Assembly: GCA_963662795.1 (NCBI GenBank)
Contig: OY759746.1
Span: 3,456,001 to 3,520,000, forward strand
DNA from: Spirochaetia bacterium
Lineage (GTDB): Bacteria > Spirochaetota > Spirochaetia > CADAEX01
DNA: 64,000 nt
Reading direction: 5' to 3'
A program made the translations under genes and the position numbers. The first letter of the stretch is position 1; each line of letters begins with the position of its first letter. Positions 22,441 to 33,290 of the stretch are shown piece by piece. The notes under the pieces are model-generated. The model was not told the origin of the DNA. It did not search any database and saw nothing but the letters and a program-made list of their open reading frames with translations.

Positions 22441-25038
22441 CTACTTCAGTCTTTTCTGCCAGTTGTGGATATAATTCAATGCTTCAAGCGGAGTCATTTT
22501 ATTTATGTCAACTGCAGATATTTCTCTTGAGACAATATGCTCTTCTGAAAAAAGCTGGGTCTGTAATTCAGGAGATTTTCTTTTTTTGGCTGATTCAGGA
22601 TTTTCTTCACCGGATGATGGTTTTTCATAAAATTCCAGCAGTTCTTCTGCCCTCAGTATTACACTGTACGGTATACCTGCAATTTCCGCTACATTTATGC
22701 CATAGGATTTATTTGCCGGCCCTTTTTTGATTTTTTTCAAAAAAACAAGTTTCCCATCTTCCTCTACTGCGTTCATGGAAAGATTCTCCATTTCCGGCAT
22801 ATCAAGGTTTACAAGTTCGTGATAATGTGTCGCAAAAAGTGTTTTTGCCCCGATTTTTTTGATAATGTATTCGCAGATACTTCTTGCTATTGACAATCCG
22901 TCCTTGGTGCCGGTTCCCCTGCCCACTTCATCCATTATAATAAGGCTTTTATCTGTCGCGGCTCTCAGTATGTATGATGCCTCTGACATTTCTACAAGAA
23001 ATGTAGATTCGCCTCTTGCAAGATTATCAGACGCTCCCACACGACAGAATAGTTTATCTATCAGCCCTATTTCGGCGCTGTCTGCAGGCACAAAAGCGCC
23101 GGACTGTGCCATAAGAACAATCTGGGCTGTTTGTCTTAAAAAAGTGGATTTTCCAGCCATATTGGGGCCTGTCAGCAGTATGAACGTTTTTTTCCGGTCA
23201 AGAGATACATCATTAGGTATAAATTCCCCCTGGGGCAGATTGGCTTCTACAACAGGATGTCTTCCGTTTTTAATAAAAACTGAACTACTGTCATTAAGCT
23301 TAGGTCTTGTATAACCGTGTACTGTCGCCGAATATGAATATGACTGCAGGCAGTCCAGTTCTGAAAGATTCTCCGCTATATTTCTGAATAATGGAATATG
23401 TATTTTCAGTGAATCTTTTATTTCAAAAAACAACTCTTTCTCAAGTGCAGATATTTTTTCAGCGGCGTTGTTAAGCTCGTTTTCAAGTGTTCCAAGCTGT
23501 TCCGTAGTATATCTCTCAGCACCTACAAGAGACTGTCTTCTTATGAAATGGTCAGGAACCTGATCTATATAGGACTTTGTAACTTCAAGAAAATACCCGA
23601 TTATCTTGTTATACCTTATTTTCAGATTTGCGATACCCGAATTTTCTTTTTCTTCCTCAATGTATCTGTCAAGTATTTCCTGACTGTTGTCCCTTATATC
23701 CCTTAACGAATCAAGCTCGCTGCTGTAACCGGTTTTTATGAGATTCCCTTCTGTCAATATAACCGGAGGATCATCATATATTGCTTTATCAAGATCTTCC
23801 ATAATCCGGTCTGCTGCATCTGAGATTAAAGTATCTGAAAAGAACGGGAAAAGAGTTGAACCGCTGTATTGGGTAATTGTCTGCGCAATTTCATTGAATA
23901 CAATTATTGTATTTTTAAGACCCAGCAGGTCTTTTGCATTTACTTTATCGAGAGCCAGTTTTGATGTAAATCTTCCCAGATCGTTGAGCTGTGAAAGGCA
24001 GGAACGTATCTTTGTAAGAAGAAGCTGATTTTTATAAAAAAATTCAACGTTATCCAGTCTTTTATTAATCAGGTCCAAATCCTTGAGAGGATTTTGAAGC
24101 CATTTCTTGATCATTCTTCCGCCCATTGAGGTTCTGGTATAATCAAGAACGCTCAGCAGGGTGTATTTTGAAGACCCGTCATTCATGTTTTTAATAATTT
24201 CCAGGTTTTTAATTGTTTTCCCGTCTATTTCAAGCGTGTTTTTTTTATTTGTTCTTTCAATATTTGTTATATGTGATAAAAGTGAACCGGAATTTTCCCT
24301 TAAATAATCAATAATTAATCCGGCACATACTATCTCAGGCGAATCATCGTCAATACCGAATCCTTTAAGTGTAGAAACATTAAAATGCTTTTTCAGAGTA
24401 TCAAATGAATTTTCAATATTAAAATACCAGTCAGGATATCTGTTGATTGTAATATTTCCATATTCTGAGATAATTTTTTTTATACCGTTATTTGTCTCAA
24501 TTAAAGATTCCTGGATTATGATTTCACTTGGAGATATTTTAAGAAGTTCGCGTGAAATGTTTTCTTCAAGCATGCCTGAATCAGATGCAAATGATATCAC
24601 AGAAAATTCACCGGTTGAAATATCCACATATGCCATGGAAATAGTGTTTTTAACTTTACCGATTGCTGCAAGATAGTTGTTTTTTTTATTTTCAAGATAG
24701 TCTTCATTGACTATTGTGCCTGGAGTAATAATTTCAACTACTTCTCTTTCTACTATTTTTAAACCTTTCGGCGGGGTATTTGAAAGTTGTTCGCATATTG
24801 CTATTTTTCTGCCTGTTTTAAGCAGTTTTGCAATATATGACGATGCTGCATGATATGGAACACCGCACATTGGAATGTTGTGTCTCTTGGTAAGAACTAT
24901 ATCAAGAATTGAACTTACTTCTCTTGCATCACTGTCAAACATCTCATAAAAATCACCGAGTCTGAAGAAAAGAATTGAGTCCGGATGCTGACTCTTGATT
25001 CTTTTATATTGCAGCATTACAGGGGTGTCAAAAGACAT
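22441..25038 (-). CDS. mutS: DNA mismatch repair protein MutS
   Basis: FFRLGDFYEMF, TGPNMAGKST, GESTFLVEM, DEVGRGT, FATHYHEL. Confidence 0.98.
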   Translation of the reverse strand: MSFDTPVMLQYKRIKSQHPDSILFFRLGDFYEMFDSDAREVSSILDIVLTKRHNIPMCGVPYHAASSYIAKLLKTGRKIAICEQLSNTPPKGLKIVEREVVEIITPGTIVNEDYLENKKNNYLAAIGKVKNTISMAYVDISTGEFSVISFASDSGMLEENISRELLKISPSEIIIQESLIETNNGIKKIISEYGNITINRYPDWYFNIENSFDTLKKHFNVSTLKGFGIDDDSPEIVCAGLIIDYLRENSGSLLSHITNIERTNKKNTLEIDGKTIKNLEIIKNMNDGSSKYTLLSVLDYTRTSMGGRMIKKWLQNPLKDLDLINKRLDNVEFFYKNQLLLTKIRSCLSQLNDLGRFTSKLALDKVNAKDLLGLKNTIIVFNEIAQTITQYSGSTLFPFFSDTLISDAADRIMEDLDKAIYDDPPVILTEGNLIKTGYSSELDSLRDIRDNSQEILDRYIEEEKENSGIANLKIRYNKIIGYFLEVTKSYIDQVPDHFIRRQSLVGAERYTTEQLGTLENELNNAAEKISALEKELFFEIKDSLKIHIPLFRNIAENLSELDCLQSYSYSATVHGYTRPKLNDSSSVFIKNGRHPVVEANLPQGEFIPNDVSLDRKKTFILLTGPNMAGKSTFLRQTAQIVLMAQSGAFVPADSAEIGLIDKLFCRVGASDNLARGESTFLVEMSEASYILRAATDKSLIIMDEVGRGTGTKDGLSIARSICEYIIKKIGAKTLFATHYHELVNLDMPEMENLSMNAVEEDGKLVFLKKIKKGPANKSYGINVAEIAGIPYSVILRAEELLEFYEKPSSGEENPESAKKRKSPELQTQLFSEEHIVSREISAVDINKMTPLEALNYIHNWQKRLK

Positions 25039-25043
25039 CGTAT

Positions 25044-25559
25044 TTAATTTTTAGGATTCATTTTTTCTATTACCATATCTGTAATATCAACAGAATGGCT
25101 CCACCAGATAAGATCAGGATCTTTGGAATTCATTATAACAGAATATCCCTCGGTTTCAGCAATGTATTCAATTTTATCAAGTATCTCGCCAAGAAATTCA
25201 GCCGACATCATCAGCCGTTTTTTTCTTTCTTCAATATTTGCAAGTTTTAATCTGCTGTATTCTTTGAGATACTGCTGTTTTTTATTGATCTGTTCATCCA
25301 TTTTCAGGACATTCATTTCGTCATTAAGATTGGAGTAATATAGTTTCCGTTCTTCAAGTGATGTAATATCATTTTTAATTGCAGATACTCCTTCTTCATA
25401 ACTTTTTATAAGTCTTTCAATCTCCTGAAGAGCTCTTGAATCACCTGATATTGATGAAATTACTTTCGAATAGTTTATAATACCTATTTTGGTTATCTGC
25501 TGTGGGAAAACCGATAAAGCAGTGAATAAAAGCACTAAAAGTAATATATTTTTTTTCAT
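25044..25559 (-). CDS. skp: OmpH/Skp periplasmic chaperone
   Basis: Signal peptide, KIGIIN, coiled coil, VDITDMVI; follows bamA. AAGGAG RBS precedes ATG 25559. Confidence 0.85.
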   Translation of the reverse strand: MKKNILLLVLLFTALSVFPQQITKIGIINYSKVISSISGDSRALQEIERLIKSYEEGVSAIKNDITSLEERKLYYSNLNDEMNVLKMDEQINKKQQYLKEYSRLKLANIEERKKRLMMSAEFLGEILDKIEYIAETEGYSVIMNSKDPDLIWWSHSVDITDMVIEKMNPKN

Positions 25560-25582
25560 ATACGGCTCCTTATTGTTTTTCA

Positions 25583-28147
25583 TCAGAAAAAGCTGGGTGT
25601 AAAGCCAATTACAAAATCCAGCGCCATTGAATTGCTGAAAAGAGGCCCATCATACCATACAATTTCATTATCAATATATTGATATCTTTTTGTAAAGTAA
25701 AAACCAATTGGCATGCCCGGGATTGTCAGACGGAAACCTCCGCCAAGTGAAAAATAATAATCGTTTTTATCCCTGTCCTTAAAAGAATCTTTATCCGACC
25801 AGATACCTGTCCAGCTGTAAAACCAGTCCCACCAAAGAAATTTCTGGATAATCGGCATTCTAAGTTCGAGCCAGTTATCCCAAAGTACCTGCCCGTCATA
25901 GACTCTATCCCAGCCCCTGGCCATTGTGAGTCCGTCAATATAAAACATATCGTCAGTGGTAATATCAAGTGAACCGTCGAACTGTTTCCAGATACGTGAA
26001 AGTGAAGAATTGGCAGCAAAGATGGTTTTAAATTCCCAGTTTTTGAATACAGGTATAGTAAGCAGTGTTTTAAAGTACTGTCCCTTTGAAGTAGTTGAAA
26101 TATAATTTCTGGCTGAAGGCATGATGCCTCCCGTATAAGTAAGCGACTGTTTGAGATAAAAACCCCTTGTAGGGTTGTATGTTAAATCTCTTGTGTCCCA
26201 GTATGCGCTGTACCAGGTTTTATTGATTGTCTGCCAATTCTGAAAATTTTCCCGTACTGTTTCATTATACGGTCTGTATATTTCATCATTATAGTCAATC
26301 CAGGACCTTGTCAAAGTATAGCCGGTTGATGTGTTAAACCTCCCAATTGGAGTGTGCCAGGTATACCCTGTGTTGAGGCCTAAAGAAACATCCCATGATT
26401 CATATTCCATGAGAAAACTCGAAGAGACCTCCTCTCCATGCCTAAGAGCATATTCATAATCTGTAATTGCATCGGAATCTGTTGAAGGGATACCGGTATC
26501 AGGGTCTACAAGTATCCCTGTATACGGATCAGGGACATGCCCTTCATCATTATCGCTATCAGGAAAAACAGGGGCAAGAATATCCTGAAGTGCTTCCCCG
26601 GTCGTCTTGTGCTGAAGGGAAAGGGTAACCCCTCCAGTCCATCTTTTATTTGCAAGCCATTTTTCAGTAAAGCCAAGTGAAACTTTCTGTGAGTCTCCTG
26701 AAAACTCTGTACCGATGCTCAATTCCTGTCCATTCCCCAGGAAATTCCTGTCTGTCCATTTGATAAATGACATGATAGGAATATCTCCTGCAGATGCTGT
26801 AAAAGTCAGTCCGAATGACACATCAGTTGTTTTTCCTTCCTCAACATTAATTATAAGATCCATCAGACCGTCTGTACTTCCCTGCGGAGTATCGGGTTCA
26901 ATTGTGGAAAAATACTGAAGATTATAAAGACTTGACATTCCTTCCACAATTTTTTTCTTGCTGAAAACATCACCAACTTCAAGGGGAAGTTCCCTGAGAA
27001 TGACCTTGTCTTTTGTTTTATCATTACCCCGTATAGTTATATTTTCTATATGTGCCCTGCCCTGTTCAATAATCCTGACATTATAAAAAACTGTAGATTC
27101 ATCTTCATTCCTTGTTTCATCTTTTTTTATAACATTAAAAATATATCCGTCATTGTAATAAAGATCAGCAATTTTGGAAAAATCAGCTTCAAGCTGTGTT
27201 TTATCGAGTATTTCCCCTTTTTTAAGTTTTACCAGATTATTTAATTCCTCATCTTTAAATATGACATTTCCGTTGAAAATTATTCCGTCAAATTTATACT
27301 GCTTTCCTTCGCTTATAGCAAAGGTAATGACAAGATTGGTTTTATTGCCTTCCGCATCTTCTTTAAGATCCTGGAATACATCTGTAACTTTTGCATCTAT
27401 AAATCCATTTTCGCCGTAATAAGTGGCAATTTTTTGTTTGTCTTCCTGTATTTTTGATTCAAGAAAAAGACCTTTTGAAAAAAGTGATTGTTTTTTTGTA
27501 TCAATAACCCTTCTCAAGGTGCTGTCAGAAGCAAAAGCATTTCCTTTAAACTGGATTTCGCCGATTTTAGTCTGGTTTCCCTCTTCAATGTTGAATGTTA
27601 TATCAACTTCATTGTCATTGTTTTTTTCACCGATTTCTCCATTAACAACAACGTTCGGAAATCCTTTCTCTATATAAAGATTGAAAATATTTTCTTCATC
27701 AATTGTAATTTTTGTTTTATTAATAAGGTCGCCGGGTTTTAAAAGGACTGTGTCAAGAATTTGGTTTTTCCTGATGTTTTTATTTCCTTTTATCTGTAAT
27801 TTTTTGACAACAGGACGTTCTATCATATTGAATTCAATTATTACAGTATTTTGCGGATCAAATTTAGACAGATTATCATTGCCCTGTATTGCGTTTGGGA
27901 CAATATCATCAAAATAGTCAAGTGCAAAAAGCTTTCCCTGGATATCCCAGAATAGATCGTCAGTAAAGGTTTTACCGATAAACGGGGCAGTAATTGCTGT
28001 AAGTTCACTTTCTGCAATATTTTTTAATCCTTTAAACCTTATATCCTGTATAACCTTATCGGTATACCATTCAGCATAAAGCATTGAATTTAAAAGGCTG
28101 AAACAGATTAAAAAGAATATCAGAAAAGCCTTTCGATTTAATTTCAT
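25583..28147 (-). CDS. bamA: Outer membrane protein assembly factor BamA
   Basis: POTRA repeats (GNDKTKDKVILRE), RNFLGNGQ, WDTRD, ARGW, terminal Phe. Confidence 0.95.
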   Translation of the reverse strand: MKLNRKAFLIFFLICFSLLNSMLYAEWYTDKVIQDIRFKGLKNIAESELTAITAPFIGKTFTDDLFWDIQGKLFALDYFDDIVPNAIQGNDNLSKFDPQNTVIIEFNMIERPVVKKLQIKGNKNIRKNQILDTVLLKPGDLINKTKITIDEENIFNLYIEKGFPNVVVNGEIGEKNNDNEVDITFNIEEGNQTKIGEIQFKGNAFASDSTLRRVIDTKKQSLFSKGLFLESKIQEDKQKIATYYGENGFIDAKVTDVFQDLKEDAEGNKTNLVITFAISEGKQYKFDGIIFNGNVIFKDEELNNLVKLKKGEILDKTQLEADFSKIADLYYNDGYIFNVIKKDETRNEDESTVFYNVRIIEQGRAHIENITIRGNDKTKDKVILRELPLEVGDVFSKKKIVEGMSSLYNLQYFSTIEPDTPQGSTDGLMDLIINVEEGKTTDVSFGLTFTASAGDIPIMSFIKWTDRNFLGNGQELSIGTEFSGDSQKVSLGFTEKWLANKRWTGGVTLSLQHKTTGEALQDILAPVFPDSDNDEGHVPDPYTGILVDPDTGIPSTDSDAITDYEYALRHGEEVSSSFLMEYESWDVSLGLNTGYTWHTPIGRFNTSTGYTLTRSWIDYNDEIYRPYNETVRENFQNWQTINKTWYSAYWDTRDLTYNPTRGFYLKQSLTYTGGIMPSARNYISTTSKGQYFKTLLTIPVFKNWEFKTIFAANSSLSRIWKQFDGSLDITTDDMFYIDGLTMARGWDRVYDGQVLWDNWLELRMPIIQKFLWWDWFYSWTGIWSDKDSFKDRDKNDYYFSLGGGFRLTIPGMPIGFYFTKRYQYIDNEIVWYDGPLFSNSMALDFVIGFTPSFF

Positions 28148-28159
28148 AAAAACTCCTGC

Positions 28160-31100
28160 TTAGTATGAAAATCTCCAGGACAACTGGAGAGAAGTATCAA
28201 CTAAAGATTCATAAAAATCATTTATCCTTGGATATAAAGTAATATCAAGTAAAAACAGAGGAGTGTCAACTTCAAGACTTAGTTCTGTTTCCAGATATAA
28301 CCCCATAAAATCCGGTACATCATAATAATTATATTCATATGTGTCAAAATCCAGAGAGTTAAATCTCAATAAACCTTCAAGAAAAAAGTATTCTCCGAAA
28401 TATTTTCCCATAAAAATAGAAGTATTGTTAAAATAACTATTAAAACCAGACTGTGCCACCTCGGTAGTATTTTTTTCGGTAAGGACATCGTTTAAAAGAG
28501 CATTTTCTATAAACTGAGTTCTAATAAAAAAAAGATCAAGATTAAGCATGTTCCGCATCTGGTTTTCAAAAGGACGCAACAGTCCCATTAGCTGTGTACC
28601 ACTTGTCCCGGCACCCAGCAGCGCTGAACCGAATGTTATGTTTTCACCTCCGAACTGACTGTAAATACCCTGACCAAGAAGAGTATAAATATCATTTTCA
28701 TTAAGCGGAGGGGTTGATTCAAATCGTGGAGAAAAATTGCTCAAAGGATTATCATCAAGTATCAAAGCTATTTTTACTTCCTTGTTATCTGTGGTTCTTT
28801 CCCTTATTTCTGCCCGTGCGGTTATACGCGGATCAAATTCATCCTGGTTTTCATCAAATGAGATTGCTCCTTCTTTCAAAAAAAAGTTCTGGCTGAAATA
28901 AAAAATTTCCCCCCCCAGAATTTTAATATTACCGGTCATTTCAAAAGTGCCGGCAGATTTGTTGCTTTTTATCTTTAATTTTTGTCCTGCCGCCGCAAAA
29001 GTTCTTAAAACCGGAACCCTTACGGAAGGCCAGAAAAATTCCACGCCGGTGCCTGACACGATATCAAGATCAACAATGAAATTTGACCTGCTTTCTTTTT
29101 TATCTATTTTTACTTTTTTGTCTGTGAGTGTTATTATGCATCTGCTTGCAGCTACTTTACCTGTAATCTTAGTCTGACGCCTTCTGCCTTCTATCTCAAC
29201 CTGACCTGAACCATAACCGTCTACATCTACAGCGGAAAATGTATTTTTTATCCATAAACTGCTGCCGGGAGCAGTTCTTGCTTTTAATAAATATTCTCTG
29301 GGAAGCCAATGGTCAATAACAAAATCAATAGCAAGGTATATCTGTTCATTCTGAATCTGTATTAAAGTTTCAGGTATGTAAAACTGCTTTCCTTCAAATT
29401 TGATCACAGTACTGAAAGGGCCTATTGTTTCAGGCGTTATGGCAGATCTGGCAATTGCCGAGCCGGCATAAAGGTTTCCCCATATGTCAGGATCATTAAA
29501 TTTACCTGTAATATAAAGGCTTCCTGAAGCGGTTCCGTCATAAGGATTGAAAAAAGGATTATTCAAAAGGGTTCCGACTGCATTCAGCTGAATTGTAATA
29601 TCATCAAATGCAGCGCTAATATTACCGCCGCCGATATTTCCATGAAGATACCCATTCAATGGCAGAGGCTTCTGAAGTGTTATATTAAATTCACCATTGT
29701 CATAAAAATATGCCGAGATTGAATTACCAGGCCCTCCGGTAACAGTAAAAAGGTTCTCTGTATTTGAGAAATCAAGGGACCAAAAATCATAACCAAGTAA
29801 TTTATTTTTTATTTCACTTAAGGTTATATTTCCGCTTTTAATTTCTGACAACGGTATTTCAAACATTTTTCGCTGTGGCTTATTTTCATTTAATTCACCT
29901 TTAATTGTTAAATTACCTATTACGGATTCCGACGAAAATGATTTCTGTATATTTATGCCGGATTTAAATAAATAGGAGCTGTTTGCCCAGTCAATGTATC
30001 CTGATCCACTGTCAATAGTATTGAAATTATATTTAAGATCAATATTTTTTATATCAATTTTACTGTTATCAGCTTCGAACTGCAGATTGATGGAAAATGG
30101 ATATTCTTCCCAAAGACCATCTGTTACTTTTAAATTCGTAAAAAGAGAAGGATTCATTTCAGTTTTAATATATTCAGCTGTGCCTGAAATCCTTCCTGAA
30201 ATATTTTTGGATGTAAACCGCTGTAAAATGGCATCTGTGAGATTTAACGAGAAATTGAGGCGGTTGTTTTCCGAGCTTAGCCAGGAGTGATACTTTTCTT
30301 TGCCGGAAGCGCCTGACAAAGTAGTCCAGCCGTACCAGGTTGTAAGGTTTTTTACAAAAAAATCACCTCCACCAGTAAGTGTGGAGTAATTATCCTTATA
30401 ACTAAGGCGGTTTAATCTTAAATTATTACCATTAATTAACGAACTGAAAATAATTACAGATTTTTCCTTCCCGGAGGCAAAAGGGTTAATTATTTCATCA
30501 ATTCTATTACTGCGCATTATTATTTTGTATATTCCTGATTTATCAACCTGTCCTGATACACGTAATGATAATTCGGGGGTCATTCCTGTGAGCGGTACCG
30601 GGAGATTCTCTGAAAAAAGAGATATTATTGTTTTATCCTTATCTGCAAAAAAGGTTAAATAAAATCCATAATTACCGCTAATGATTACGCCGGCGCCTGG
30701 AAAAATATTGCCTTTAAAATTGTATATCTGATTATTTATGATAAACTGGGAATTCAGATCAAATTGTGATCCATATACCATGTTTATATTTATATAACCT
30801 GCACCTGTATGATTTTTATAATTTAATAATAATTCACTGATCGATATATTTTTTTCATTTGCATATAAAACGGCTGAAAAATATTCTTCTTTTGCATTAA
30901 GGTTCGAGAACCTGATGTTATCTGAAGATAAATTAAATCCATTAAAATCAGTTGAAGCTTTAATAGATCCGTCAATTAAAAAATTATGGCTGGAATATAA
31001 CTTTTTGCTTATTTCTGAATCAGGATATATGAACTCCAAAATATAATCAAAACCGAAATTATCAAGTTTTATTTCGGATTCCAATCCCGTTTTTCCTCTT

Positions 31101-32518
31101 GCGGTATAAAGTCCGGCAAGAGTTAATATGCCGCCTTCAGGTGTTTGTGCATTTAGATTAAAGGAATAGCTTCTGTAATTGTTGTATGAAACCTTTATCC
31201 GGACTGATTCAAGGGATTTGGTTCCCCAGGAAAGGTCTGCATCTGCAATTACGCTGTTACCGGAAACGGCAGTGAAAAATACGCTGCCGGTCAATCTGCC
31301 CTTGTTTGTATATTGTATATTCTGAAACTGTATTTTCCCTTCAGGCAGCAGTGATTTGATGTCGATCTTTCCGGTATATTGAATATTGCCTTTATCTGAA
31401 TAAATATTTAAACTGTTAAAATCAATATCTTTTTCATTTCCTGAAAACATAGCTGTAAATTCGTTTTTAAAAGGGAGAATATTCCTGTCCAAAGAAGTTG
31501 AGACCAAGCCGCTGTATTTTAATTTATTTTCCTGATTATCAGGAGCCCATGAAACGTTTATTTTCCCTGTGTATGATGATTTTGTTAAATATGAGATGTA
31601 TGAATTATCAGAAAGCAGGATATATCTGCCGGGAAAATAATTTTCAAAGGTTGCAGAACCGGAATATATATTGTTTATTTTGTCATATGCCAGTTCAATA
31701 TCAACAGGAGCTCTGTCTTTAACCTTCCTGATCTGAAAATTTCCATTTTGATACTGAATATTTAAATGCTGTTTTTTAAGTTGAAAATATCTGGTTTTCA
31801 GATTGCTTATCTGCAGATTATAATCATGTTTACCATAAATATTATCAATAATTCCATCAATTTTAATATCTGATGTAATTTCACTGTCCTGATCAAATGG
31901 TAATCCTTTAACAGTGATACTGGATTTCATATTGAATTCTGTAGAACCTTTATTGACAGAAAAGTCAATAAATATCCTGTTAAGTGTATAGCTTCCATTT
32001 TCAGTGGAAGTGCTTATGGAGAGATTTTTTCCGGTAAGAATAAATTTATTCAGCTTTGAATGATTATCTGATGTGTTGTCTTCCGCTGATGTTCCATAAC
32101 CTGTAAGCCTGGCGGCAAAATTGATAAAATCCCGATCAGAATTTGTATCAATGTTAATTGATGAGTTTTCCATATATATCATATGAAGGGGATTATGAAT
32201 TTTAAAGATTACTTTAATTATATTAAATGTTATCCTTAGTTTATCAACTTTCAGAATACATTTCCCGCCTGCATCTGTAATAAAAAGCTTTCTGATTTCA
32301 ATAAACTGAAATACAGATGGAGAAATACTTTCATAGGTAATTGTCCTGCTGATTTCTTTTTCCATCCCTGTTATTATTTTTTCTTTGAATCTGCCGATGC
32401 TTTTTTCAAGATAGCTGTCAAGAAAAAAAGCAGCAATAAATAGTGTGCAAAGAGAAAGAGTCAATGTCAGTGGAATGCGGTAGCGTTTCAAGGCTTTTTT
32501 CTGCAGAATATTCTCCAT
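28160..32518 (-). CDS. tamB: TamB/AsmA-like translocation/assembly module protein
   Basis: 1452 aa, N-terminal TM anchor, Gly/aromatic beta-rich repeats, C-terminal DUF490-like region ending WRFSY; directly upstream of bamA as in other spirochetes. Confidence 0.8.
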   Translation of the reverse strand: MENILQKKALKRYRIPLTLTLSLCTLFIAAFFLDSYLEKSIGRFKEKIITGMEKEISRTITYESISPSVFQFIEIRKLFITDAGGKCILKVDKLRITFNIIKVIFKIHNPLHMIYMENSSINIDTNSDRDFINFAARLTGYGTSAEDNTSDNHSKLNKFILTGKNLSISTSTENGSYTLNRIFIDFSVNKGSTEFNMKSSITVKGLPFDQDSEITSDIKIDGIIDNIYGKHDYNLQISNLKTRYFQLKKQHLNIQYQNGNFQIRKVKDRAPVDIELAYDKINNIYSGSATFENYFPGRYILLSDNSYISYLTKSSYTGKINVSWAPDNQENKLKYSGLVSTSLDRNILPFKNEFTAMFSGNEKDIDFNSLNIYSDKGNIQYTGKIDIKSLLPEGKIQFQNIQYTNKGRLTGSVFFTAVSGNSVIADADLSWGTKSLESVRIKVSYNNYRSYSFNLNAQTPEGGILTLAGLYTARGKTGLESEIKLDNFGFDYILEFIYPDSEISKKLYSSHNFLIDGSIKASTDFNGFNLSSDNIRFSNLNAKEEYFSAVLYANEKNISISELLLNYKNHTGAGYININMVYGSQFDLNSQFIINNQIYNFKGNIFPGAGVIISGNYGFYLTFFADKDKTIISLFSENLPVPLTGMTPELSLRVSGQVDKSGIYKIIMRSNRIDEIINPFASGKEKSVIIFSSLINGNNLRLNRLSYKDNYSTLTGGGDFFVKNLTTWYGWTTLSGASGKEKYHSWLSSENNRLNFSLNLTDAILQRFTSKNISGRISGTAEYIKTEMNPSLFTNLKVTDGLWEEYPFSINLQFEADNSKIDIKNIDLKYNFNTIDSGSGYIDWANSSYLFKSGINIQKSFSSESVIGNLTIKGELNENKPQRKMFEIPLSEIKSGNITLSEIKNKLLGYDFWSLDFSNTENLFTVTGGPGNSISAYFYDNGEFNITLQKPLPLNGYLHGNIGGGNISAAFDDITIQLNAVGTLLNNPFFNPYDGTASGSLYITGKFNDPDIWGNLYAGSAIARSAITPETIGPFSTVIKFEGKQFYIPETLIQIQNEQIYLAIDFVIDHWLPREYLLKARTAPGSSLWIKNTFSAVDVDGYGSGQVEIEGRRRQTKITGKVAASRCIITLTDKKVKIDKKESRSNFIVDLDIVSGTGVEFFWPSVRVPVLRTFAAAGQKLKIKSNKSAGTFEMTGNIKILGGEIFYFSQNFFLKEGAISFDENQDEFDPRITARAEIRERTTDNKEVKIALILDDNPLSNFSPRFESTPPLNENDIYTLLGQGIYSQFGGENITFGSALLGAGTSGTQLMGLLRPFENQMRNMLNLDLFFIRTQFIENALLNDVLTEKNTTEVAQSGFNSYFNNTSIFMGKYFGEYFFLEGLLRFNSLDFDTYEYNYYDVPDFMGLYLETELSLEVDTPLFLLDITLYPRINDFYESLVDTSLQLSWRFSY

Positions 32519-32655
32519 TGGTCAGTATTCAGGATATAATTATTTAAAAACATTCGCAATTATATATCATGAAAACATTAAAAATTATAATATATTACAT
32601 ATTTCGGTATATTATTTATTAAAACTGCAGCAACCCTGAACAATATGGAGCAAAA

Positions 32656-33261
32656 ATGAATTCAACAAATATATTGAAGAATTTTATTGTACTTGAAGGA
32701 CTGGACGGGTCTGGAACAACGACACAGCTGAAAATGATTTCCGAAAGGTTCCGGAAGAATGGGATGAAGTGTTTTCCCACAATGGAGCCGACTGAAAGCA
32801 GCATCGGAAAACTGATAAGGGATGCATTAAGGAAAAATATCAGCATTGACGGTAAAACGATGGCGCTTCTTTTTGCGTCTGACAGGAATGAGCACCTTTA
32901 CGGCAGGGACGGGATTATCCAGTTTATTGATAATGGATACACCGCTGTTTCAGACAGATATCTTTTTTCATCCATAGCCTATCAGTCACTTTCCTGCGGA
33001 TTTGAATGGGTTTTGGGCCTGAATGATTTTCCCCTGCCCGAATATCTTTTTTTCATTGATCTGCCTCCTGAAATATGTCAAAAAAGAATGAAGAACCGGG
33101 ACAACCGGGAATTGTTCGATGAGATAGAGATTCAGGAGAAGATTCTGATAAACTATAAAAAAGGTATAGATTACTACGTAGAGAGCGGTATGAAAGTATT
33201 TTATCTTGACGGGAATGAAACTCCTGAAATGATAAATGAAAAAATATGGAATATTATATAA
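32656..33261 (+). CDS. tmk: Thymidylate kinase
   Basis: FIVLEGLDGSGTTTQ, LLFASDR, SDRYLFSSIAYQ. Confidence 0.94.
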   Translation: MNSTNILKNFIVLEGLDGSGTTTQLKMISERFRKNGMKCFPTMEPTESSIGKLIRDALRKNISIDGKTMALLFASDRNEHLYGRDGIIQFIDNGYTAVSDRYLFSSIAYQSLSCGFEWVLGLNDFPLPEYLFFIDLPPEICQKRMKNRDNRELFDEIEIQEKILINYKKGIDYYVESGMKVFYLDGNETPEMINEKIWNII

Positions 33262-33290
33262 TCCTTACCGATAATTAAACCGTGAACAGT

